Of a stretch of 64,000 nucleotides of DNA, positions 54,737 through 64,000 are shown piece after piece. Both the position numbers and the translations under genes were made by a program. How positions within the stretch are numbered: position 1 is the stretch's first letter; each line of letters begins with the position of its first letter. A model generated the notes under the pieces. It had not been told where the DNA came from. It ran no database searches and saw only the letters and a list, made by a program, of their open reading frames with translations. Source of the DNA: Caecitellus pseudoparvulus (lineage: Eukaryota; Protista; Bigyra: Bicosoecida); assembly GCA_965644315.1 (NCBI GenBank), contig CBFFRQ010000052.1, positions 62,001-126,000 of the forward strand. The letters are read 5' to 3'.

Positions 54737-57157
54737 CTAGGCCTGTGCCGCGCTGTGGACGCGTCGCCTGGCGGCTCGGCCAGGCTGCGGCAAGGCTGCG
54801 CCGTGGTGCACCCGGGCCAGTGCAGACATGGTGCGGGCCGGCGCCAGTCCGCCCCCTACATCGCTGTGGCCATAACCCACAGAGCTCTGCCTGCTCTTTG
54901 CTCGCAGATGCGTGGCCCCTCGCCGGGCCCGTGCCGAGGCTGGTCGGGTGAGGGCCGGCTTGCCTGCAGGTGCCCGGACACCTCTGGGGCGGCTGGGCTG
55001 GGCAGCGTGCGCGGCGGAGGCGGGGCGCCTGCGACGGGCAGTGCGCAGGAGGGCCTTCACCGTGCCCCCTTCCTGCAGCAGGGAGCCCAGCGCAGCGCCC
55101 CGGGCCGACTGTGGCCTCTCTCGCCTGGCGCCTCGCACCAGTGCAGCGGACACGGGGCGAGCGAGAGTGGCGCCGGCGCGCCCCCCCCCTCGGCATGCCT
55201 GGATGAAGGCAATGCCGCCACCAGGCCCAGCGGCACCCTTGGCCATGTCTGCGGCCGTCTCAGGCACCGGCTCCGTTGGTGCATCACCTGGTGTGGCGGC
55301 GGCGGCGGCGGCGTCGCTTGTGTGGGTGCAGCTGCCCAGCGGGGCGTTGGCTCGACGAGTGGCCTGCGTGTGGGTCATGTCTGTGCTGAAGAGGGCATTG
55401 GCCAGGTCCTCCGCGTAGGAATCTGAGTGTTCCAGCCTCACGTCGGAGAAAGCCCCGTCCAGTGCGATGCCATCACCAGCCCCTGGCTCTGCTCGGGCTG
55501 TGGCCGTGGCAGGCGGCACTTGCTGCTGCCTCACCGAGTGCTCAACTTCTAGTTCCTGCGGTGGGGCAGGTGCAGGGCTGCCCTGCTCTTGCCCACCCCT
55601 CCCTGCCTCTCCGAACGTCGCTGTGCCCTGCAGCAGGGACAGCAGGTACAGGGAGCCTTGCACGCTGCCGCTGGGGCCACTTGGCCCTCCTGCCGCCTCC
55701 CGCGAGTGCTGGGCACGCCGGGCCCTGGCCGCTGCCAGCTTGGCTTGGGCACGCTGGAAGGCAGTGGGGGGCAGTTGGTTCCCCGCCACTCCCAGGCCCT
55801 GGGCGTGGGCGTGGAAGACGGCCTTGGACGAGCCACCGGGGATCCACGGCTCGGCGGTGTCCCCAGCGCTGGCGTCGCTGCGGCGGGAAGACCGAGGTCG
55901 AATGCGCTGCAGCTGACCTACCTGTACGTGAGCAATGCCTCGGCGGGGGGCAGGGGCGTGTGTGGGGGCTTCACTTCGGTCTGCACCGCTCACGTCGCTG
56001 AAACCCGCAGAGCTGCTGATGAAGCTGCGGCAGTCGTCGTCATGGGCGGGGATGGAGAAGTCCACGGCGGTGCGGGCCTCACCTGGTGCCTTGTCCGATG
56101 GAGGCGCGGTGTCCTGGCCTGCTGTGTGGGGCTGTGGCTGCTGCCGTCGGTGGGCCAGTGCGTGCAGAAGCGCTGCCTCAGGTTCGTCGCCAGCAGGCAG
56201 CAGCCCTCTGTGCTTGGGCGACTCTGGGTCCCGGGGCAGACGCAGGGGCTGGATGGGGTAGTACCCCGTCGCGGGGTGGCCATGTGCTCCGCCGGCCTCC
56301 GCCCGTCGCCCCTTGCCTTGATCACGATGCTTGGGGGACTGGCGCCCCAAGGCGTTCTCGACGAGGGACGGGCCCGGCGTGTCAAAACGCAGGCGGTGAG
56401 GCACTGCAGGGGCGGTGGAGGGTGTGGCGCTCTGCTGGGCTGCGGACTGGGCTGGTGTGGAGGAGGGGGGGGCCGCTGGGGTGGGCGAGGGGCTCCTGAG
56501 TGGGCCGCTGCGCATGCCTCGCACTGCTGTGCCAGAGACGGCCACCATCTCAGCGGCGCCGTGGAAGAGTTGCAGGGCTCTGGACAGCGGCGCGCGCTCG
56601 CCAGGGACGGGGGAGCCAGTGGCTATCAGGCGCTGGCGATTGCGCTTGCGAGCCAGCTTGCTGAGGTAGAGCAGGGTGGGGCTGAGGCCCCCCGCGGCGT
56701 GGCCGGCCCGCGCCGCAGGCAGGTCCTCTTCGTCTTGCAGCGCATCTGCAGTGCTTGGCTGGCGGTGCAGGGGGCTCCACGTTGCTCCGTCGAACTCCAT
56801 GGCATGTCCCTCTGGATTGCGGTGTGGGGCCGTCTCCACCATGAGCGGGCCTCGCCAGGAGGACGCCCTGGGGCGCATGTTCTTGGGGCTGTTGCTCTCC
56901 CGCGAAGTGTACTCGGACAGCTCCTTGGCTGGGATGAAGTCTGTGCGCAGCTGCAGTTCCCGTGTCTGCAGGTATGACTCCCGCTTGGCTCGCGCAGCCG
57001 GCACAGCCAGCGTTACGTCGTCTTCCAGCGACACATCCCGCAGGACGCGAGTGCGGCGATGGCGAGAGTCCCCCTCAAACGTCTCTTCACGACTACTGTC
57101 GGCAGCAGCAGCGCCAAACGCCTCGCTGAACACGGGGTCGGTGCGCACGGTCAACAT
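54737..57157 (-). CDS. Uncharacterised low-complexity / disordered protein (806 aa)
   Basis: A long uninterrupted ORF filling the space between two recognisable genes. It is A/P/R/S-rich with RPxSA motifs near the C-terminus and has no recognisable domain. Confidence 0.7.
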   Translation of the reverse strand: MLTVRTDPVFSEAFGAAAADSSREETFEGDSRHRRTRVLRDVSLEDDVTLAVPAARAKRESYLQTRELQLRTDFIPAKELSEYTSRESNSPKNMRPRASSWRGPLMVETAPHRNPEGHAMEFDGATWSPLHRQPSTADALQDEEDLPAARAGHAAGGLSPTLLYLSKLARKRNRQRLIATGSPVPGERAPLSRALQLFHGAAEMVAVSGTAVRGMRSGPLRSPSPTPAAPPSSTPAQSAAQQSATPSTAPAVPHRLRFDTPGPSLVENALGRQSPKHRDQGKGRRAEAGGAHGHPATGYYPIQPLRLPRDPESPKHRGLLPAGDEPEAALLHALAHRRQQPQPHTAGQDTAPPSDKAPGEARTAVDFSIPAHDDDCRSFISSSAGFSDVSGADRSEAPTHAPAPRRGIAHVQVGQLQRIRPRSSRRSDASAGDTAEPWIPGGSSKAVFHAHAQGLGVAGNQLPPTAFQRAQAKLAAARARRAQHSREAAGGPSGPSGSVQGSLYLLSLLQGTATFGEAGRGGQEQGSPAPAPPQELEVEHSVRQQQVPPATATARAEPGAGDGIALDGAFSDVRLEHSDSYAEDLANALFSTDMTHTQATRRANAPLGSCTHTSDAAAAAATPGDAPTEPVPETAADMAKGAAGPGGGIAFIQACRGGGRAGATLARPVSAALVRGARRERPQSARGAALGSLLQEGGTVKALLRTARRRRPASAAHAAQPSRPRGVRAPAGKPALTRPASARARRGATHLRAKSRQSSVGYGHSDVGGGLAPARTMSALARVHHGAALPQPGRAARRRVHSAAQA

Positions 57158-57317
57158 TGCGGAGGCAGCGCTGGTCGCAACGCGACCTCATGTGGTGCAG
57201 TGCTCGTTCCGCCCACAGCGTGCTGAGACTGGGCAATAAGGAATGGTGGTGGGGGCAAGCCTCGTGATTTTTGCATTTCGCATCATGCGCTCATTTGCAT
57301 TTTCTCTCTCCCCGCCC

Positions 57318-58329
57318 TCAGTCCAAGTGAGCTTGGAAAGCTGCTTTGCAGCTCTCGAAGAGCGCGAAAGAGATGGCGGTCATGGGCGCGCTGAAGGCCA
57401 TGCGGGCCCCTGCGCCACGGAAGAGCGCCAGGGGGCCCTCGTCAGCAGCGACACTGGTCAAGGCGTGCCACACACCCCGGTAGCCGTACGCCATGGGGCC
57501 GACGCCGCCCGCCGCTCGCTGCACTTGCAGGCGGAGCTTGGCCAAATCCAGGGGAGTGGTGAGCCAGGCAGCTCCCGCCCCAGCCCCTGCCCCAATTGCC
57601 GCGTACATGTACGGCGGCAGTGCTGCGTCTGGGTGCGTGTGCCAGGCTCGCCGGGCAGCGGCCTTGCCCTCCTCGTACAGCAGGAAGTACAGCGCGGAGA
57701 AGGGGCCGAAGGAGAGCAGGGTGGCCCAGTACCCTCGGTACAGCCCTGCCAGCCCCTCCCCTGCCATGATGCTGCGCAGAGCGTGGGGGGTAGAGGTGTA
57801 GTAGGTGGCAGAGGCGGCGGCCCCCGACCCCGCCGCCCGCTGCACCTGCATACGCTCCTTCACGACGTCCACAGGCACCCACAGCACGCAGCTGAAGGCC
57901 TCTGCGACCAGACCAGCCAGCAGGTGCGGCACGGCCTCCACTCGGGACATGGCAGGGAGGCTGGACTTGAGCGCGTCACGCGCCACTTCGTACGAGGTGA
58001 AGTACAGCATGGCCGCCGGCGCACCCAGCACGGCGGTGATGCTGAAACCACGGTACAGGCCAGCCAGGCCTTCCTTGGCTGCTACCCGCCGCAGGGCTTG
58101 GAGGACGCCTGTGTACTCGGCTGTCGCCGTGCCGCTCACTTGCACCTGCATGCGAGCTTTGACGGTGTCCAGCGGGTGACAGGGGATACGGGCGAGGATG
58201 CCGCTGGCTGCCGAGCCCTGTACTAGATAGGGGAGAGTGAGTGGGCATGTGTGGCGTGCACGGGCAGCCTGTGCGTGTGTTCCGTACCAGCATTGTGGCC
58301 AGGTATGAGGGTTCCTGCGGAAATTGCAT
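57318..58329 (-). CDS. Mitochondrial carrier family (SLC25) protein; intron 58287-58218
   Basis: Three PxDxxKxR repeats (PLDTVKAR, PVDVVKER, PLDLAKLR) and three EGxxxL(Y/F)RG motifs. The start could be at 58329 or 58293. Confidence 0.95.
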
Positions 58330-58761
58330 CACAGCACATCATGCACCACGCCCACGTCACCAGCTGGTGGGGCACGTACCTTTGCTCTTTCCTCTGCACC
58401 ACTCATATCAACTAATTTGGCGAAATCAGAGGGGGCAACTTACCCACTCCGCAGGAGTGTGCTTCGGCCTCAGCTGCACACTCGTAAGCTGGAGGAGGGA
58501 ATCGGCAGACGTGCGCAGGGCCCCCCTCGCCAAGTGGACAGCGCACCTCGCAAGGCCGCTATTCAAGGCCGGTGAGCACTTCCCAAGTTTGCAAGGACAC
58601 ACTGCTCCCCGGGGTACAGTGGTCGATCGGTTGTGTTGGTACCGCTGGATTGGTGGGTGCTTTCTGGCTGCGGATTTTGCCCTCCATTCCCTCGGCAGGC
58701 GACTGTGAGGTGTCCTGTTAGCGCGCCTCTTCAAGTTTTCCAAGCCACCCCACTCGCCATC

Positions 58762-60441
58762 ATGGCATCTGTGCCCCAAGAGTCCTCTGCAGGTCATGAG
58801 GCACCCCCAACAGAGGAGTCTCCCACGTGTGACGGTGATGCAGACCGAGTGGCGCTGTTGCATGAAGAGGTGGATGCAGCATGCGAGCTGGTGCCCGAGG
58901 GGGCCATCCTCACCGACTCACACGGCCTTTTTGCCGTGATGCTAGCGTGTGTACTTCCACCGCTCGCTTTGCCGGCCACACCGCTGCGCCAACCCCGCGC
59001 CCCCCTCCCCCTCCACAGAGCCACCCCCTACCGCAAAGTTCGCTGCCGCATGCAGTGCTTGGCGAGCTTCCCTGCCTCCCCTGTGCACGTGGAGCTGGAC
59101 AGCCCCACCCTGCCGGACATGGTGCTGGCGAAGATGTCCAAGGTGGCCCTCAAGACGGCGGCGGCGTCCCCCCCAGGCCAGCAAATGGCAGCTGTCGTGC
59201 GGTGCCTGCAGACTGTGGTGCAGGACAACAAGCTCCTGGTGGCCATGGACGAGGTGAAGGCCATCAAGGCCCTCGCGGCGGGCATCGCCGACGTCAAGAT
59301 GAACGAGAGCAAGGGCACCGTGCGCGTGCAGACGACGCAGCTCAGGTACTCCTTTACAGTGCGTCAGTGGCCGCCGCTGCTGTCGCTGTGCCGCGCGCTC
59401 ACCTCGCCCCCCCCCCTCTTTCCCCCGGCTCCGCAGTTCTCCATCGTCCTCACAGACGCATACCCAGACAGTGGCGGGCTGGAGATCAAGCTGCACAAGC
59501 ACACCTTCCCCAAGGCGCTTGTGACTGCGTACCTCGCCCAGGCCCGTGAGGTCGTGCGCAGGTGTGTGGCGGGGTATGCGCCCGAAGTGGCCCTGGCCAA
59601 GGCCCTCCCGGTGACGCTGCCTGCACACCTCTCCTACAAGAAAGAAGACTCCCTCGTCTTGACCTCTGACTTCGTACGGGACCTCAAGGGTGACGTGCGT
59701 TTCCTCAAACAGGCGAAGGAGCTCCGGGCGGTGGACGCTGAGCGCAAGCAGGGCAACGCCAAGGAGCACGCCAACACGGCCAAGGTGCGGCGCGAGGCAC
59801 GGCGCAAGCTGAAACGCCTGGCAGCGTCGGAGGCCGCCGCGGAAGACGCCCGCATCGCTGCGCACCGGGCGGAAGTTGAAGCCGCTGCGCAAGCAGCTCT
59901 CACACCCCACAACGAGACGCCCACCAAGAGTCTGTACTGGGTGGTGAAGTACCTCCTTCTGGACTTTGCCCGGGCCCTGCCCGTCATGCGTTGTAAGCTG
60001 TCTGGCCAGCGTTTGCTGCCTGCGGACCCTGCCAAGGCTGCGGCATACCTGGAAGACAAGTCTCACGCGCGGCACCCTGTGCGCCTGGCGTGTGGGCACT
60101 GGTTCCGCCTGCGGCCCCTGCACGCACACATGATCAGCCCACCCTTCGCGCATGCATGTCCGTGGTGTGGTGAGCGCATGTACCACCCCCGCTGGCCAGC
60201 GGAGGCCAAGAAGCTGGAGAAGGCGTGGGGGGCCCGGCTGGCCAAGGAGCGTGAGCTGAGTGAGGTGAGCGACATGCTGGACCTGGGCGCCGAGTTCGGC
60301 GTGCAGGGGCAAGGGGCGGAGGCGCCTGCAGACGGCCTGCACGATAGTGACGAGGAGGAGGACACGAGCGACCTGCCACCAGAGGAGGTGGATGCCGCCG
60401 CCGCCGCCGCCGGCTCCGGTGAGGGGGGTGCTGCCCAGTGA
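58762..60441 (+). CDS. Uncharacterised protein with two RWD/UBC-like segments, a coiled coil and a C-terminal degenerate RING-like finger; probable in-frame introns
   Basis: FPASPVHVELDSPTLP and AYPDSGGLEIKL resemble the RWD YP motif. The C-terminus reads CKLSG...VRLACGHWF...MISPPF..ACPWCGERMYHPRW...ERELSEV. Confidence 0.7.
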   Translation: MASVPQESSAGHEAPPTEESPTCDGDADRVALLHEEVDAACELVPEGAILTDSHGLFAVMLACVLPPLALPATPLRQPRAPLPLHRATPYRKVRCRMQCLASFPASPVHVELDSPTLPDMVLAKMSKVALKTAAASPPGQQMAAVVRCLQTVVQDNKLLVAMDEVKAIKALAAGIADVKMNESKGTVRVQTTQLRYSFTVRQWPPLLSLCRALTSPPPLFPPAPQFSIVLTDAYPDSGGLEIKLHKHTFPKALVTAYLAQAREVVRRCVAGYAPEVALAKALPVTLPAHLSYKKEDSLVLTSDFVRDLKGDVRFLKQAKELRAVDAERKQGNAKEHANTAKVRREARRKLKRLAASEAAAEDARIAAHRAEVEAAAQAALTPHNETPTKSLYWVVKYLLLDFARALPVMRCKLSGQRLLPADPAKAAAYLEDKSHARHPVRLACGHWFRLRPLHAHMISPPFAHACPWCGERMYHPRWPAEAKKLEKAWGARLAKERELSEVSDMLDLGAEFGVQGQGAEAPADGLHDSDEEEDTSDLPPEEVDAAAAAAGSGEGGAAQ

Positions 60442-60472
60442 AGCGGTGTATTGTGGGCTGGAGCGTGCGGAA

Positions 60473-61060
60473 TCAGGGGGCACTGGCTGCACCCACGCCT
60501 GCCGTCGTGTCTGGGTGCTGCTGCAGCCATTTGGGGCTGTAGGTGATGGGCACCCGGTCCAGGCGGGCTGCCAGGATGAAGTCGTTGATGGACAGGCCGC
60601 CCAGCGCGTGGGTGAAGAGGGTGATGGTGACGTCCCTGTAGCTGGTGATGGCCAGGTCAGGGTGGTGCTGTGCAGGGCGGGGCGTGCGCTGTGTGGGAGG
60701 CGGCGGGGCCGGCGCCGCCGCAGCAAGCGGCACGCACCCCCTGCTCCTCCGCCACGGCCCCAAAGCCGTTGACGGCGGCCAGGGCGGCAGCGAAGTTCTT
60801 GCAGGTGAAGTGGCGCTGCAGCTTCTTTCCCTCTTCCACCACGTGCCACCTGGGTGGGCACGCCGGCGGGGCTGGCGTGCGTGGCAGGCTGCGGCACCAG
60901 AGCATGCGCCAGCTCACGTGGGGCACAGGGACGCCTTGAGGCTCGTGACAGTCTCCTCGTCCAGAATGGTCAAGTCACCGCCCTTGCTGACACAGGCAAT
61001 CGTCTGCATCTCGTGCAGGGGAGCCCCGCCCACTGCGGCTGTGGCGGCCTCGGCTGCCAT
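60473..61060 (-). CDS. PCBD: Pterin-4-alpha-carbinolamine dehydratase, three exons
   Basis: WHVVEEGKKLQRHFTCKNFAAALAAVN...AEEQG | HHPDLAI...VTITLFTHALGGLSINDFILAARLD. Confidence 0.93.
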
Positions 61061-61237
61061 GGCAAGGTGTGGGCGTGGTGGGCAGAACCGAGCGGCGTTG
61101 GGGAGTAGGCCTGCAGCTTTTGCCTAGACGGGAATCCAGTCTCGTGCTGCACAATAATTTACCTCGAAACGAAATGCGCGGAATGTAGTTTTTCTGCCGC
61201 ACAGCTCTGCGTGCCCTGCTGTAACCCCGCATGCGCA

Positions 61238-62337
61238 ATGTTGGCAGCTGCTCTGCGGGCTGCGCCCCGCTGCGCATCCCGAGCCGTGTTTGCCCCCTCC
61301 CGGCGGTTCTTCCACCCAGAGGACGCCCTGCGATTGGAATGCATTGATGTGAATTTATTCCGCGCCCCCAAAGAGCACTTGTGGCGCCCTGTCGCCGCCC
61401 GGGGCGTCTTTGGCGGCCAGATCATCGGACAGGTGCGGAATTCGAAGCGGCCACGGCCGGGCACCCGTCTGCACGAGCTTTCCCTGCCTGCAGGCCATGG
61501 CTGCAGCACATGAAACCATGGAGGCATATGATGACATCTCCATCCACTCCATGCACGGCTACTTTCTCCTGCCAGGCAACCCCGACGCACCCATCCTGTA
61601 CCAGTGAGCGCTGAGCACAGTGCTGGGAAACAGTTGCCCCGTTGCCACCGCCGTCCGCCCTGGTCCCCTCGCGCAGCTTGGACCGGGTCCGGGACGGGAG
61701 GAACTTTGCCACTCGGTCTGTGAAAGCCGTGCAGGCGGGGCAGGCCATCTTCACCGCCGTCATGCAGTTCGCGCGGCCGGAGGAGGGCAAGCTCATGGAG
61801 CACTCCGACGCCATGCCGCACGTGCCGCCCCCCGACGACCTGCCCAGCCTGCCCGAGCGCCTGGGCAGCCTGCGAACCGACCCGCGCATCCCAGACCACC
61901 TGCGAAGCCTGGTGGACAAGTGGCTCACCATGCCCTTCCCCATCGAGCTGCGCCCAGTGCAACCAGTGGTGCCCGACCCCCTGGACCCCGGGCCCCTGCC
62001 CCCCCACCAGCTCATCTGGGTGCGCAGCAAGGTCCCACTAGGGGAGTCTGCTGACATGCACCGCTGCGTGGCGGCCTTCGGCTCCGACTGGCACCTGTGC
62101 ACGACGTCACTGCTGCCACACGGCATGGTGTTCCCCACGCCCGCCTTGAAGATGCTCACGTCCCTGGACCACTCTATGTGGTTCCACGCCCCCTTCCGCG
62201 CCGACGAGTGGATGCTGTACGAGATGCGCTCGCCCCGCGCCGCGGCCGCCCGGGGCTTGAACGTGGGCCGCCTCTTTCGCGCAGACGGCACTCTGGCTGT
62301 GAGTGTGGCGCAGGAGGGCCTCATGCGTCTGCGGTGA
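61238..62337 (+). CDS. ACOT8: Acyl-CoA thioesterase II (TesB/ACOT8 family), three exons
   Basis: GVFGGQIIGQ | ...IHSMHGYFLLPG....PILY | ...RVRDGRNFATRSVKAVQ...AFGSD...TSLDHSMWFHAPFRADEWMLY...SVAQEGLMR. Confidence 0.95.
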
Positions 62338-62451
62338 CACGGCCCGCTGTGTCAGGGGGCGGGCAATGCACGGCAGAGACCAAAATCAACCAACCTGCAC
62401 CACCCACGGTGACCCCCAGCACCAACACCGCCCGCCTGTCCTTAGCACAGC

Positions 62452-64000
62452 ATGGCGTCCAGGCGAGCCAGCCCTCGCAGGGGCGTGGCATCCCGCCCAC
62501 CGCCCTCGCCAGGCAACCGGCAAACTCCGCAGCCAGCCGCGCAGCGGTCCGACGCGGCGTATGTGGCCAACTTGAAGCAGCAGATGTACTTGCTGGAGCT
62601 GGAGAGCAGCATTCTCAAGCAGCATGGTGCAGGGGCAAGCCAGCCACAGCGCGCCGACGCCCAAGGCGGCCCTGGAGCTGAGTTTGACCGGCTTGTGGGT
62701 CAGCTGCGCGCAAGTTGGGCGGAGCGGGAGGATGCCTTGGTGGAGGCGTTGCGGGTGGTCAAGCGCGACCTGAGCAAGCACAAGCAGCTCAACTACAGCC
62801 AGCAGTCCCTCATTGATCAGCTCAAGGCAGAGCTGCAGCTGCTGCGAGCTGTCAAGGCGCAGGACGACGAAGCTGCACGTCGCCGCGTGACGGTGTGTCG
62901 CGGCGACCACCTGCCCCTCGCCTCCGCGACGCTGACGCCTCCCCTGCCGCATGCCACAGGCTGCCGTGGACGAAGCTGCACAAGCCCGACGAGAGGCAGA
63001 CCGCCTGGCGGCCGCTCGAGACCGCTTGGCTCTGACGCTGGAGGAGCAGCAGGAGGCAGCGGCAGGGGACGCTGCGGCAGGGCGCGAAGCGCTCACCACT
63101 GCGCAGTCCCGCATCGCCGCCTTGGAGCGGGAGGTGGACGCCGCTGCAGCGCAGGTGCAACATGCGGGGCAAGCGCGCAGCAGGGCAGAGGCTGCGTCAG
63201 CAGCAGCAGAAGCGCGCAGTGCCGAGCTGCGGGAGGCACTCAGTGACTCCCACGCAACCACGCAACGCGCCGAGGCAAAGGCCCACGAGGCACAGGCAGA
63301 GGCAGCGGCGCTGCAGGCGCGCCTGGACAGCACACTCGCCGCCTTGGATGCGGCACAGGCCAGTGCGGCCGCGGCAGCTGCCAGCCAGGCACGGCTGCAG
63401 GCGGAGTTGGAGGCTGAGCAGGAAGCAGTGCGGGATTTGAAGCAGCAGCTGGCCGACAGCGAGGCTGCTCAGGCCGCCGCTGAGCGTGCTGCCGATGCTG
63501 CTGTCGCTGCACAGGGCGCTGCAGAGGAATCAGAGGCTGCTGCACGCGGCACGCTTGCGACCACACAGGCTGCTCTGGCGCAACGTGAGCAGGAGGTGGC
63601 TGCGCAGGCAGCCCAGCTGCGCGACGGCGAAGGGCACCTGCACGAGGCACGCACTGAGTGCGAGGCTGCCACCGCCAAGTGTGCAGCGACCGTGAAGAAG
63701 TACGACTCCACGAAGGCAGAGCTGGTCGCGACGGCCGCCGCGCTGGCGGGCAGCCAGGTGCGAGAGGAGGAGGCAGCAGGTCGCGGCGACACGCTGCGTC
63801 TGCGGTTCGCAGACGCCGAGGGCACCATCGCCGCGCTCAGAGCCGAGCTGGCCTCTGTGACTGCCCAGCGAGACCGCTCTCTCTCCCTCTTGCAAGCGGT
63901 GAACGTGCCCGGCATCGTGCAGGGCAACCTGGACGTCGCTGCGACCGTGCAGGAGGCCCTGAATTCCATGCTGGGCGCCAGGGAGGGGGAGCTGCAGGGA
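62452..64000 (+). CDS. Ala-rich coiled-coil protein, 3'-truncated by the window edge
   Basis: YVANLKQQMYLLELESSILK, then an intron around 62890-62959, then an open A/E/Q/R-rich heptad frame running to the window end. Confidence 0.75.

Noticed and set aside
55589-56977. 462-aa plus-strand ORF
   Set aside because: It lies antisense to the 806-aa minus ORF and has no recognisable features. The 651-aa minus ORF at 58942-60897 was rejected as a shadow of the RWD-like gene for the same reason.

Overview
This is eukaryotic nuclear DNA from a very compact, GC-rich protist genome. It carries about 24 protein-coding genes with short GT-AG introns (roughly 60-100 bp) and very short or even negative intergenic gaps. 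A flagellated, probably stramenopile-like heterotroph is my inference, not something the sequence proves. The first 21 kb hold two giant paralogous genes arranged head-to-head. One is on the minus strand (9494 to beyond position 1, >3100 aa) and is missing from the ORF track because it has no stop codon in the window. The other is on the plus strand (9837-21266, about 3790 aa). Both encode a signal peptide, Pmp-like GGA(I/L/V)/FxxN beta-helix repeats, Cys-rich repeats and a multi-pass membrane domain. The rest is mostly housekeeping: an LRR protein, AP-3 beta, TMEM115-like, a transmembrane RING ligase, NAA40, TPR-thioredoxin, sterol C5-desaturase, RIC1-like, GCNA, RTF2, an M14 carboxypeptidase, Rtt106-like, SCO1, a mitochondrial carrier, an RWD/RING-like protein, PCBD, ACOT8 and coiled-coil proteins. 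The most unusual items are: (i) a DysF-domain syntaxin that lacks a transmembrane anchor, ends in a CaaX box (CVIM) and has Asp at the zero layer; (ii) the giant receptor pair; (iii) a putative ciliary microtubule-binding protein built from about 3.4 near-identical exon+intron duplications; (iv) two RING domains that have both lost the first zinc site. I found no rRNA, tRNA, CRISPR array or transposon. All exon boundaries were read by eye.
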